Shown here: one piece after another, positions 30,126 to 39,376 of the stretch | How the letters are laid out: each line of letters begins with the position of its first letter | Position numbering within the stretch: position 1 is the stretch's first letter | Origin: an uncultured Gemmatimonadales bacterium | GTDB taxonomy: Bacteria > Gemmatimonadota > Gemmatimonadetes > Gemmatimonadales > GWC2-71-9 | Direction: 5' to 3' | NCBI GenBank assembly: GCA_963795085.1 | Contig: CAWCFX010000001.1 | Location: 1,024,001 to 1,088,000 of the forward strand | Length of the DNA stretch: 64,000 nucleotides | Position numbers and translations under genes: made by a program | The notes under the pieces: generated by a model | Told to the model about the DNA's origin: nothing | The model's input: the letters and a program-made list of their open reading frames with translations, nothing else | The model's database searches: none

Positions 30126-30614
30126 GTGAGAATTCCATTCATCGGTTTCCTGGTGGTCGCCGGCGTGACCGGGTGCGCGGCGCTGGGCATGACAAAATTC
30201 CAGGAGCCTTCGATTGACCTGGACTCGATCGTGGTGCGGAGCGTCGGGCTGACGGGGGGAACCCTGGACCTGATGCTGGAGGTCAACAATCCCAACAGTT
30301 TCGATCTCAAGGGCACCCACCTGGAGCTGGGGCTGGATGTTGAGGGCGTCCACTTCGGGGACGTGGAGCTGAACGACGCATTCAACCTGCCCCGGGGCGC
30401 GCCCACCCGGGTGGTGGTACCGCTGTCGTTCAACTGGATCGGGGTAGGCGCCGCGGCGCGTTCCGCGCTGAACTTCGGCACGGTCAAGTACGAGATCGAG
30501 GGCATTGCCAGCCTCCAGACTCCGTTCGGGCTGGAGAAGCTTCCATTCAAGCGAAACGGGTCGGTGGCGTTGAATCAGTTGCAGCCGGCCCGCGGCAGCA
30601 GCCCCAACCGATAG
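30126..30614 (+). CDS. LEA type 2 (WHy domain) lipoprotein
   Basis: Lipobox VTGC and LEVNNPNSFDL motif; GGAG RBS before GTG 30126. Confidence 0.8.
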   Translation: MRIPFIGFLVVAGVTGCAALGMTKFQEPSIDLDSIVVRSVGLTGGTLDLMLEVNNPNSFDLKGTHLELGLDVEGVHFGDVELNDAFNLPRGAPTRVVVPLSFNWIGVGAAARSALNFGTVKYEIEGIASLQTPFGLEKLPFKRNGSVALNQLQPARGSSPNR

Positions 30615-30626
30615 CGCGAGGTCATC

Positions 30627-31919
30627 ATCCGGAATCTCATCACGATCCAGCCGCCGGTCGAACGGGCCATCCTGGTCGCCGCCCCCCGCAAGGGCTCCGC
30701 TGACGTGGCCCACCTGGAGGAGCATCTCGAGGAACTGGGCCGCCTGGTGGACACGGCGGGCGCGGAGGTCGTCGGGAGGCTGTCGCAGCAGGTGGCCTCA
30801 CCCAGTCCCGCCACCCTGATCGGCGAGGGCAAAGTCGCCGAGCTGCAGGAGCAGGTGGCCGCCTCCGGGGCGACGATGGCGATCTTCGACGAGGAGCTGT
30901 CGCCGGTGCAGGGCGCCAACCTGGAGCGGGAGCTCAAGGTGCGGGTGATGGACCGGGCCGAAGTCATCCTGGACATTTTCAGCACCCGGGCCCGGTCCCA
31001 CGAGGCCAAGCTCCAGGTGGAACTGGCGCAGCTGGAGTACATGCTGCCGCGGCTGACCCGGATGTGGACTCACCTTTCGCGGATCCGCGGCGGCATCGGT
31101 CTCCGGGGCCCCGGCGAAACCCAGCTGGAAACCGACCGGCGGATGATCCGCCGGAAGATTTCCCTGCTACGCTCCAAGCTTCGCGACGTGGAGCGGCACC
31201 GGGATACCATCCGCTCCGGCCGCCAGCCGCTGCTCTCTGTGGCGCTGGTGGGCTACACCAATGCCGGCAAGTCCAGCGTCCTGCGGGGGCTCTCTCCATC
31301 CTCGGAGGTGCTGGTCGAGGACCGGCTCTTCGCCACCCTGGATACGCTGACCCGGGAAGTGGACCTGGGCGACGGGATCCGGGTGCGGGTGACCGATACC
31401 GTGGGATTCATCCGCAAGCTGCCCCACCACCTGGTGGCGAGCTTCCGGGCGACGCTGGAAGAGGTCCGGGAGGGCGACGTGCTCCTCCACGTGGTGGATG
31501 TGAGTCATCCCCAGTGGGAGGAGCAGATGGAGGTGGTGACCGAAGTGCTGGCGGAGCTGGGCGTGGGCGAGCGGCCCATCGTGCCGGTCTTCAACAAGAT
31601 GGACGTGGTCGAAGATCCCGAATCGGTGGCCGCGCGGGTCCGCGATCTCTATCCCGGTGCCATCATCGCCAGCGCCATCCGCCCCGACGGGCTCGATGAA
31701 CTCAAGTCCCGGCTGCGCGAAATGTCGCGGCGGGAGCGTCCCGCGGTGTCGGTCCGGATTCCGATCAGCGACGGGGCTCGCCTGGCCGAAATCTACCGGC
31801 TGGGCGAGGTGGTCTCGCGGGTGCAGGTCAACGGGATGTTCGAGCTGAAGGCCCGGCTGGACCCGGCGGAGGCCAGCCGGCTGCGGGGCCTGGGCGTTGA
31901 GGTGAAAGGGGAGAGGTGA
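30627..31919 (+). CDS. hflX: GTPase HflX
   Basis: ELGRLVDTAG, QVELAQLEY.LPRL, GPGETQLETDRR, GYTNAGKSS, LFATLD, DTVGF, NKMD; the N-terminal ERAILV segment lies upstream of the first standard start, so the start is placed at ATC 30627 (uncertain). Confidence 0.93.
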   Translation: MRNLITIQPPVERAILVAAPRKGSADVAHLEEHLEELGRLVDTAGAEVVGRLSQQVASPSPATLIGEGKVAELQEQVAASGATMAIFDEELSPVQGANLERELKVRVMDRAEVILDIFSTRARSHEAKLQVELAQLEYMLPRLTRMWTHLSRIRGGIGLRGPGETQLETDRRMIRRKISLLRSKLRDVERHRDTIRSGRQPLLSVALVGYTNAGKSSVLRGLSPSSEVLVEDRLFATLDTLTREVDLGDGIRVRVTDTVGFIRKLPHHLVASFRATLEEVREGDVLLHVVDVSHPQWEEQMEVVTEVLAELGVGERPIVPVFNKMDVVEDPESVAARVRDLYPGAIIASAIRPDGLDELKSRLREMSRRERPAVSVRIPISDGARLAEIYRLGEVVSRVQVNGMFELKARLDPAEASRLRGLGVEVKGER

Positions 31920-31955
31920 GAGCCTGAGGGATTCTCACCTCTCACTTCCTCACTT
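31900..31955. repeat. Inverted heptamer arrays / hairpin between convergent hflX and ICL-like genes
   Basis: aggtgaa aggggag aggtgag ... ctcacct ctcactt c ctcactt; each arm contains a stop codon of the flanking gene. Confidence 0.7.
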
Positions 31956-33083
31956 CTCGTGCTCGCTCAGCATCTGCTCCAGGATCAGCCACCGGTCCAT
32001 GCCGGCGAACTTCTGGTGCATTTTGGTGGTGGGAGCGCCACCCGGGGCATCGTCTTCTTCGTTCTGCAGGTCGGCCAGGGCGTCGATTCCGCCCGCCAGG
32101 AATTTCTGGAGGCCGCGTTCCAGCGCCATGCCCGCCGTCCGGAAATTGAAAAGTGTCGAGAACTGCAGGGTGAACCCCAGGTCCGCCAGCTGCTGGTTGG
32201 TGATCAGCGTGCCGCCCCGCTTGGCTTTCCCGAAGTAGAGCGAGGGCGACAGGTTGAACCCGAGCATCTGGCCGGGGTAGTGCTTGCGGACTCCCTCGGC
32301 GAACTCCTGGGGCTGGTCGATCTCGGTATTGTTGAACTCGGGCCAGACCACATCGACGCCCAGGTCGGCCGCTTCCCAGGCATCTTCGATCGCGCCCTGA
32401 ACCCCGCCCGCGCTGGCGCCGGGGATGGCGCCGTCCACCGAGTCGGTCCGGGCGATGATCACCACGTCCGTCCCGGTGGCCTGTTTGGCGGCCTTGATGG
32501 CCTTGAGCTTGGCGATCCACTCCTTCCGCGGCACCAGCACCTTGGCCCGCTTGTGGGCCCCCACCTTCACGATGTGGCCGCAGGTGCGGTCGGCCGGGTC
32601 CTGGTTCTCCAGGTGCACACCGGCGGCCCGGGCCCGGATCAATTCGACCGCGAGGGAGAAGGTCTGGCCTGGCCCGCCGAACCCCGCTTCCATATCCACG
32701 AACATCGGCGGTATTGGGAGGATCTCGCCGCCGGTATCGTAGAAATGGGTGTGCCGCGCCCCCTCGATGCCCATCCACAACTCGTGCACCAGCTTGACCA
32801 TGTCGTGCGACGCATAGACGCCGATGTCGGGGAACATGCTCTTGGTCGCGGCGAGCTGCCACCCGCTGCCGTACAGCGCCCGGAACCCCAGGCGGGTCAT
32901 GATCGCCGCGGTAAAGGCGTCGTACGCGCCGGCGGTGTGGACAAAGCTCCCGGCGGCATGCGCCTCGGTGAGGACGCGGCGCAGCTTGGCCGCCGGGTGC
33001 TCGTCTTCGGCGGGCGCGAAGAGCCGGGCGATGTCCGCTTCGGGATAGCGAGAGGTTTTATCGGGAGACGGACCGGATGCCAT
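31950..33083 (-). CDS. Isocitrate lyase-like enzyme (ICL/PEP mutase superfamily) with divergent catalytic loop
   Basis: LYGSGWQLAA, VDMEAGFGG, GVHLENQ, CGH, KVLVP, IIARTD, FNLSPS, HQKFAG line up with AceA motifs; KKCGH is replaced by RTCGH. Confidence 0.8.
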   Translation of the reverse strand: MASGPSPDKTSRYPEADIARLFAPAEDEHPAAKLRRVLTEAHAAGSFVHTAGAYDAFTAAIMTRLGFRALYGSGWQLAATKSMFPDIGVYASHDMVKLVHELWMGIEGARHTHFYDTGGEILPIPPMFVDMEAGFGGPGQTFSLAVELIRARAAGVHLENQDPADRTCGHIVKVGAHKRAKVLVPRKEWIAKLKAIKAAKQATGTDVVIIARTDSVDGAIPGASAGGVQGAIEDAWEAADLGVDVVWPEFNNTEIDQPQEFAEGVRKHYPGQMLGFNLSPSLYFGKAKRGGTLITNQQLADLGFTLQFSTLFNFRTAGMALERGLQKFLAGGIDALADLQNEEDDAPGGAPTTKMHQKFAGMDRWLILEQMLSEHEK

Positions 33084-33292
33084 GGAAGATCCTCGTCAGG
33101 GAAGCTGGGTCGGCCGGTGGATGCGGGGGGAGAGGATTCAATTTGCGCGCCGTCCCGGGGCGCCCCGGTGAGGGGCTTCCCGCACTATAACGGGTTCCCG
33201 GGGGCCGGCATCGGGCGGATTCCCGGCCTTCAGGCCGGACTGTGGCGGAGGAACCACAGAGCCGATGGCCCGGTCCCACTTCACGAAGCCGC

Positions 33293-35803
33293 CTAGCGGG
33301 TGGAGATGACGACGATGGCCACCACGCTGGCCAGCACCTGGGCGACCGCGCCGAAGATGCCGACATAGTCCTTGCGATCATCGGGGTCCTTCTCCGGGAC
33401 GAAGACGAACGCGCCCGCCAGCGGCTCGGGCTTGGAATCAGGGAAGAAGAACCGCCGCTTGACGCTTTCCACCTTGCCGTTGGGCTGAGTCACGTAGGCG
33501 CGGCCCCGGTCCGCCAGCCGGGAGTAGCCGCCCGCCGAATAGACGTAGTAGTCCACGCTCTGGCCGGGCGCGTACGAGATGGCGACCGGCGAGTTGACCG
33601 CCCCGGAGACCCGCACCACCGGATTGTACTCCGGGATAAAAATCGAATCGCCGCCTACCAGGATCAGGTTATCGCGGTCGCGGGGGTTCCTGATGACCCG
33701 GGGGAGGTCAACGCCGATCCGCCCGGCGCGGTTGAGCGACCGGTAGAACTCCACACCGGTCGGGTAGGCCTCATTGGTCAGGCCGCCGACCCGCTGGATC
33801 AGCTCGAGCATCCGGTCGGACCGCGTTCGCAGCGCATACCGGCCGGGGTACCGGACCTGGCCGGTGATGGCGACGGTGCGCTGGAACTCCCAGTCGGGCT
33901 GGCGCAGAATGAGGATGTTGTCATAGGGCTGCAGGCGTACGGTCGGCGCGCCGCTGGCGGCCGCTTCCAGCCCCGGCGGGCCAAGATAGACGGAGTCGCG
34001 GTCCCGCTCGAAGAGGTAGGTCGAGTCGAGCTTGACGCGGATGGTCTGCGCCACCTGCCCGTTGGTCCGGTCGTCCGGCAGCCGGGCGATTTCCGCTTCC
34101 TGGAGCAGCGCGTCCTCGGTCACGCCGCGCGCCAGCAGGACGGCGTCCCGCAGGGTCATCCCGTCTCGATAGGGCAGCCGTCCCGGTTTGCGGACCGCGC
34201 CGGTGATCGCGATGAAGCGGACGGGGCGGAAGTCGGTGCGCGAAAAGACCTGGATCTCATCTTCGTCCTCGAGGACCAGGTCCGGCGTGACGGCGCCGCT
34301 CGAGTCCACGAACGATGAGCGGAGCTGGATCCGGGTGGAATCGCTGAGCAGCCGGGAAATGAGAATCTGGCCGAGGTACACGTCGGGCTTGGGGCCACCG
34401 GCCAGGCGGATCGCCTCGCTCAGCCGCAGGCCGCGCCGGTGGCCCACCTGGCCGTCGATCCAGACGTTGCCCTTCACGGTGACGAACCCGCGAGGCCGGT
34501 CGGACACGGCGAAGACGGTGACCGAGTCGCCGGCCAGCAATGGGAACGCCGGGCCCAGCGGGTCGGAAAACTGGGCGGCGCCGAGATCCACTACGACCCG
34601 CTCACGGCCGCCCGGTTCCCGATGCTCGGCCGGAAGGATGCGGTGAATCTGGACCCGCTGACCCAGCGCGCCGGCCTTGAAGCCGCCGGCGGCCCGGACC
34701 AGGTCCCGCAAGGTTTCGCCCGGCTTCAGCTCGTAGATCGCGGGGCGCACGATTTCCCCGGTGATAGCCACGTGCGGCCCGTGCACCGGGATGAAGACCA
34801 CGTCGCCGTTCTGGAGCCGGATGTCGCTGCGGCCGTCGCCGGCGAGCAGGTAATCGTACAGGTCAAGCGAGTCCACCAGGGCGCTGCCGCGGCGGATCAG
34901 GATGTTCCGGAAAGTTCCGTTGACCGTGGGGCCGCCCGCCGCGTAGATCGCGGATAGCGAGGTGCCGGCGGCCGAGATCTGGTAGGAGCCGGGCCGGGCC
35001 GCCTCGCCTACCACGAAGATCTGGTTCCGGCGCAGCCGGGCCACCGTCACTTTGAAGGTGGTAGTGGCACCGGGTCCCCGGCGGACCCCGCTGTACACCC
35101 GGCCCAGCCGCGAGTACAACAGGTCTTCCAGATCTCCCAGGGTGAGGTTGGCGGCGTAAACCTGGCCCACCTGGGGAATCACGATAAACCCCTCGCGATT
35201 GACCTCGAGGGTGTGGGCCTGTTCGACATCGCCGGCCAGGATGAGGACCAGCACGTCGCCGGGCCCCAGCCGGTAGCCGGCATCGACCGGGCCGGCCAGC
35301 GACGGCTCAAACTGGCTGGTGCGCACTCGAAAGACGTTGAGGCCGAAGATCGTGAGTTCGGCCCGGCGGCGCCGGAGCGAGTCGGGGAGGAGCGAGTCGC
35401 GCCCCAGCGAGTCGAGGTAGATCGAATCCCCGGCGGCCAGGCTGTCGGGGAACCCTGCCGTGAGTTGCAGGGAGTCGAGGTCCTCGGTGCTGGCGATGCC
35501 CAGCAGGCGGAGTGCCTCGAAGGTGCCGGAGGTGGGACGAACGGTGCGGGTGGTGTCCGCCCCGCTCAGGTAATCGTCCAGCATGGTTTCCGGGTATCCG
35601 GCCGCCCGGAGCCGGGCCCGGATCTGGTCCGGGGTCAGGCCGGAGGCGCCGATCCGTTCGCGGAGGGAGCGCACCAGGTCGGGACGGTTGCGAAGCAGTT
35701 CCCGGGCCTGCTCCGGCGTCGGCTGCTGGGCCCGAACGGTGCCGGCGCCGGCCGCGACCAGGGCCAGGAGCAGGGCGGCACGTATGAATCGAACGTGGGG
35801 CAA
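33293..35803 (-). CDS. Polysaccharide export protein with multiple SLBB domains (Wza/KpsD-like)
   Basis: Signal peptide, YRLGPGDVL poly_export domain, repeated V.GE/G.V..PG SLBB motifs, C-terminal hydrophobic helix. Confidence 0.88.
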   Translation of the reverse strand: MPHVRFIRAALLLALVAAGAGTVRAQQPTPEQARELLRNRPDLVRSLRERIGASGLTPDQIRARLRAAGYPETMLDDYLSGADTTRTVRPTSGTFEALRLLGIASTEDLDSLQLTAGFPDSLAAGDSIYLDSLGRDSLLPDSLRRRRAELTIFGLNVFRVRTSQFEPSLAGPVDAGYRLGPGDVLVLILAGDVEQAHTLEVNREGFIVIPQVGQVYAANLTLGDLEDLLYSRLGRVYSGVRRGPGATTTFKVTVARLRRNQIFVVGEAARPGSYQISAAGTSLSAIYAAGGPTVNGTFRNILIRRGSALVDSLDLYDYLLAGDGRSDIRLQNGDVVFIPVHGPHVAITGEIVRPAIYELKPGETLRDLVRAAGGFKAGALGQRVQIHRILPAEHREPGGRERVVVDLGAAQFSDPLGPAFPLLAGDSVTVFAVSDRPRGFVTVKGNVWIDGQVGHRRGLRLSEAIRLAGGPKPDVYLGQILISRLLSDSTRIQLRSSFVDSSGAVTPDLVLEDEDEIQVFSRTDFRPVRFIAITGAVRKPGRLPYRDGMTLRDAVLLARGVTEDALLQEAEIARLPDDRTNGQVAQTIRVKLDSTYLFERDRDSVYLGPPGLEAAASGAPTVRLQPYDNILILRQPDWEFQRTVAITGQVRYPGRYALRTRSDRMLELIQRVGGLTNEAYPTGVEFYRSLNRAGRIGVDLPRVIRNPRDRDNLILVGGDSIFIPEYNPVVRVSGAVNSPVAISYAPGQSVDYYVYSAGGYSRLADRGRAYVTQPNGKVESVKRRFFFPDSKPEPLAGAFVFVPEKDPDDRKDYVGIFGAVAQVLASVVAIVVISTR

Positions 35804-35884
35804 AGGTGCGACTCCGATGATGCTGGGGCAGGAAGGTCAGTCCATAGTATATACAGGCGAAAGGCTCCGGGAACCAGCGTCTGG

Positions 35885-37000
35885 CTAGCCCCCGGCCTTG
35901 CCGGCGATGGTCTGCCAGTAGGCCAGGGTTTTTCTGGCGATGGCCGCGTCCACGTACTCGCCCATGACCCGCCGGCGCCCTTCCAGCGCAAAGGCCACCC
36001 GCCGGGCCGGCGCCTGCAGGAGTTCCTGCAGCGCTTCGGTGAGCGCGGGCGCGTTGTCTTCGTTGACCACCAGGCCGGCGGGGCCGATGATTTCCGGCAG
36101 GGCGCCCGACGTGCTGCCCACCACCGGCAGGCCGAATCCCATCGCTTCGATGACCGCGCGGCCGTGGCCCTCCACCCACTGCCGGGTGGTGCGGGCCGGC
36201 AGGGCGAGGCAATCGAGCCGGGGCCACAGGGTGGAGAGCTCTTCCGGCGGCAGCGCGCCAAGCCAGGTGATCCGCGCCGCGATGCCAAGCCGCTCGGCGA
36301 GTTTTTCCAGTTCCTCCTGCGCGGGGCCGCTGCCGGCCACCAGCAGGTCCCAGTCGCCCGACAGTCGCACCGCCGCCCGGAGCAGAATGTCGAGCCCCTT
36401 CTCGGGCACCAGCCGGCCCACGAATCCGATGGTGAAGCGCGGGTGCGGCACCGGCGTCAGCATCCGGGGAATGTTGATGCCCAGCTGGGGGATCACGGTA
36501 ACGGGCACCTCGGGCCTGCCCCGGGAGAGCAGGGCCGCGGCCAGCCGGTTCTCGCCGATAAAGCCGGAGGCCCGCTTCACGCTGCGGTCCCCGCGCCACC
36601 GCTCCGCCATCCCCAGGCTGCGCGCCACGCTGGAGCTGGAGAAGAGGACGCAGGGGGTTTTCATCCGGGCCGACATCCGGGTGGCCACCGCGGCGGCCTG
36701 GCTCCACGGCTCCTCCTCGATCTGGACGATGTCGGGGCGGAAATCGCGGAGCAGCTTGCGCAGGGTGGACCGGTCCCAGGCGGCGCTGGACCGCTTGCCC
36801 CCCATGCTGCGGACTTTCACCGGGACGATGCGGACACCGGCGTCGTCACCCCAGACGGCGGTGAGGGTGCCCCCGGTAATCGGCTGGTTCCAGTGTTCGG
36901 GGACCGCGACCGCCACGGCGCATCCCGAGCCCGCCAGCGAGCGCAGTTTGCCACGCAAGGCGGGATTGATGTACGTCCGGCTGATCACGACAGCGCGCAT
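35885..37000 (-). CDS. Glycosyltransferase family 4
   Basis: GFVGRLVPEKG, EGHGRAVIEAM, PVVGSTSGALPEII. Confidence 0.88.
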   Translation of the reverse strand: MRAVVISRTYINPALRGKLRSLAGSGCAVAVAVPEHWNQPITGGTLTAVWGDDAGVRIVPVKVRSMGGKRSSAAWDRSTLRKLLRDFRPDIVQIEEEPWSQAAAVATRMSARMKTPCVLFSSSSVARSLGMAERWRGDRSVKRASGFIGENRLAAALLSRGRPEVPVTVIPQLGINIPRMLTPVPHPRFTIGFVGRLVPEKGLDILLRAAVRLSGDWDLLVAGSGPAQEELEKLAERLGIAARITWLGALPPEELSTLWPRLDCLALPARTTRQWVEGHGRAVIEAMGFGLPVVGSTSGALPEIIGPAGLVVNEDNAPALTEALQELLQAPARRVAFALEGRRRVMGEYVDAAIARKTLAYWQTIAGKAGG

Positions 37001-37021
37001 AGACTCCAGGGGGCCAGTGGG

Positions 37022-38125
37022 TCAGAGGGCCAGAGGGCCAGTAGCCAGCCACGATTCGACGGCGCGCACCACCCGCTCCGCGGCGTGGCCGCTTCCATAT
37101 TCATCGCGATTCCAGGTGGCGCCTCCCCGCCACCGGTCGAGCTGCGCGTGCACCGCCGGGGCCAGGTCGGCTCCGGCCCGCGCCGGGGGGACCACGCAGT
37201 TCGCGCCGCACTCGACGGTCTCGCCCCATTCGGTCTCCCGGCGCAAGGTGACGCAGGGGACGCCGAGCCAGTAGGCCTCCCGCTGGATGCCCCCGGAGTC
37301 GGTGATCACCAGCGCGGCGGACCCGGTAAGCGCCAGGCTTTCCAGGTAGCCGACCGGCTCGATGATGGTCAGGCGCCCGAACGTGACTCGGGACTCGCCG
37401 GCGGCGGCCAGCACGGCGCGGGTCCGCGGGTGGAGCGCGAGGAGCACCGGCAGTTCGAGCCGGCCCAGCGCTTCGAGCACCCCAACCAGGCCGGCAGGAT
37501 CTTCGGTCAGTTCGGCCCGGTGCAGGGTCGCAAATGCGTAGCGGGCGCCGAAGGAAGCCGGCAGCACCGAGTCCACCGCCGGCACCGTGTCACGGGACCG
37601 GCGGAGGACATCCCGGGCCACATCGCCGGTATCCACGACCATGGCGTCGGCCCGCTCCCTCTGGAGCCGCTGGGCGGAGCGGGGACCGGGCGCGCACAGC
37701 AGAGTGGCCGCGGCGTCCACCAGCCGGCGATTGATTTCCTCCGGCATGCTCCGGTCGCGGGCCCGCAGCCCTGCCTCGACATGGGCCACCGGCACCCCGG
37801 CCTTCGCGGCGGCGAGGGCGCACCCCAGGGTCGAATTGGTGTCGCCGATGACGACCATCGCCGCGGGGCGAATCTCGAGCAGCAGCGCTTCCATCTTCAC
37901 CAGGATGGCCGCGGTCTGCGGGGCGTGGCCGGCCGAGCCCACTTCCAGGAAATGGTCCGGCGGGGCGACCTCGAGCTGGTCGTACAGCAGCTGGTTCAGG
38001 GCATAGTCGTAATGCTGGCCGGTGTCCACCGCGATCACCGGCCACCGGCCGGACAGGGCCTGCCGGAGCACGCTCGCCTTGATGACCTGGGGACGGGTTC
38101 CGTAGCAGAGCGCGATGGGTGGCAT
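37022..38125 (-). CDS. Non-hydrolysing UDP-sugar 2-epimerase (WecB/WbpI family)
   Basis: GTRPQVIK, TGQHYD, GDTNSTL, HVEAGLR, MPEEINR, TDSGGIQREA, RRETEW; true start ATG 38125 lies inside a longer spurious ORF. Confidence 0.9.
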   Translation of the reverse strand: MPPIALCYGTRPQVIKASVLRQALSGRWPVIAVDTGQHYDYALNQLLYDQLEVAPPDHFLEVGSAGHAPQTAAILVKMEALLLEIRPAAMVVIGDTNSTLGCALAAAKAGVPVAHVEAGLRARDRSMPEEINRRLVDAAATLLCAPGPRSAQRLQRERADAMVVDTGDVARDVLRRSRDTVPAVDSVLPASFGARYAFATLHRAELTEDPAGLVGVLEALGRLELPVLLALHPRTRAVLAAAGESRVTFGRLTIIEPVGYLESLALTGSAALVITDSGGIQREAYWLGVPCVTLRRETEWGETVECGANCVVPPARAGADLAPAVHAQLDRWRGGATWNRDEYGSGHAAERVVRAVESWLATGPLAL

Positions 38126-38200
38126 TGCGCTGTAAAATGGCGGGACGGGGCGCCGGTTCCAAGGAGTTGACTTCTGGACCGGGGCGGTCAAGTTGCCAGT

Positions 38201-39289
38201 ATGCGCATTCTCCATCTCGCGAAGTACTATTGGCCGCGATCCGGCGGGATGGAGCGGGTGGTCCAGGATCTGGCCGAGGGCACCTCGGCGCTGGGCCATG
38301 ACGTGGACGTGGTGGCGTATGACAGCCGGGGCCCGCGTGATGGCCGGCGGCAGCGGTCCCGGGTCACCCGGGTCTTTACCCTGGGCGCCGTGGGAAGCCA
38401 GGAGCTGGCGCCCGGCTACCTGACGGCGGCCCGCCGGGGCGCCGACATCATCCATCTCCATCATCCTCACACCCTCGCCGATTTCGCGGCACTGACCCGC
38501 AGCAAGCGTACGCCGCTGGTGATCACCCACCATGCCGACGGTAATCACCGGGGATTCCGGCGGTTGCTGGCGCGGGCCGCCCTGGCCCGGGCGGCGGCCA
38601 TCGTGGTGCCTAGCCGGGCCCACGTCGCGCTCTCGCCCGAACTGGTGGGACACGAGGCCAAGGTGGAGGTCATCCCCTTCGGCGTGGATATCGAGCGCTG
38701 GGTCACGGTGCCCGCCCCGGCGCCGGGGGCGCCGCCCAAGGCGCTCTTCATCGGGCGCCTGGTCCGGTACAAGGGCGTGGATATCCTGCTTCGCGCCATG
38801 GAGCGGGTGCCCGATCTGCGCCTTGATATCGTCGGCTCGGGGCCGGAGAGTTCCCGGCTCAAGACCCTGGCCCGAGCCCTCGCCATCACCGACCGGATCC
38901 GCTGGTTCGGGGAATACCCGGATGAAGACCTGCCCCGGCGGATGGCAGAGGCCGATTTCCTGGTGCTCCCCTCGGTGACCGTGGAAGAGATGTTCGGGCT
39001 GGTGGTTATCGAGGCGATGGCGGCCAGCCGGCCGGTCATCACCACCGCGCTTCCCAGCGGGGTCAGGGAGGTCAACGTGGCGGGAGAAACCGGGCTCGAA
39101 GTGCCGCTCCGGGACGTTGACGCGCTGGCTCGGGCCCTCGACACGCTGGCCCATGACGGCGCGCTCCGCTCGCGGCTGGGGGAAGCCGGCCGGCTCCGGG
39201 CGGAGCGGCACTTCAGCCGGCGCCGGATGGTGCAGGAGCATCTGGGCCTCTACGAGCGGCTCCTGGACGGGGTCCGGGCCGGCCGGTGA
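38201..39289 (+). CDS. Glycosyltransferase family 4
   Basis: KYYWP..GGME, FIGRLVRYKG, EMFGLVVIEAMA. Confidence 0.88.
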   Translation: MRILHLAKYYWPRSGGMERVVQDLAEGTSALGHDVDVVAYDSRGPRDGRRQRSRVTRVFTLGAVGSQELAPGYLTAARRGADIIHLHHPHTLADFAALTRSKRTPLVITHHADGNHRGFRRLLARAALARAAAIVVPSRAHVALSPELVGHEAKVEVIPFGVDIERWVTVPAPAPGAPPKALFIGRLVRYKGVDILLRAMERVPDLRLDIVGSGPESSRLKTLARALAITDRIRWFGEYPDEDLPRRMAEADFLVLPSVTVEEMFGLVVIEAMAASRPVITTALPSGVREVNVAGETGLEVPLRDVDALARALDTLAHDGALRSRLGEAGRLRAERHFSRRRMVQEHLGLYERLLDGVRAGR

Positions 39290-39376
39290 CCAGGCTCCCC
39301 TGAACCGGGTCACTAGTGGCGGAAGTGGTGCACTGTACTAGCTTTAAGCGGATGCACAGGGTAGTCCCGTGACCTC

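Noticed and set aside
37022..39313. 763-aa minus-strand ORF as an epimerase fusion
   Set aside because: The N-terminal half is antisense to the GT4 at 38201-39289; epimerase motifs begin at ATG 38125.
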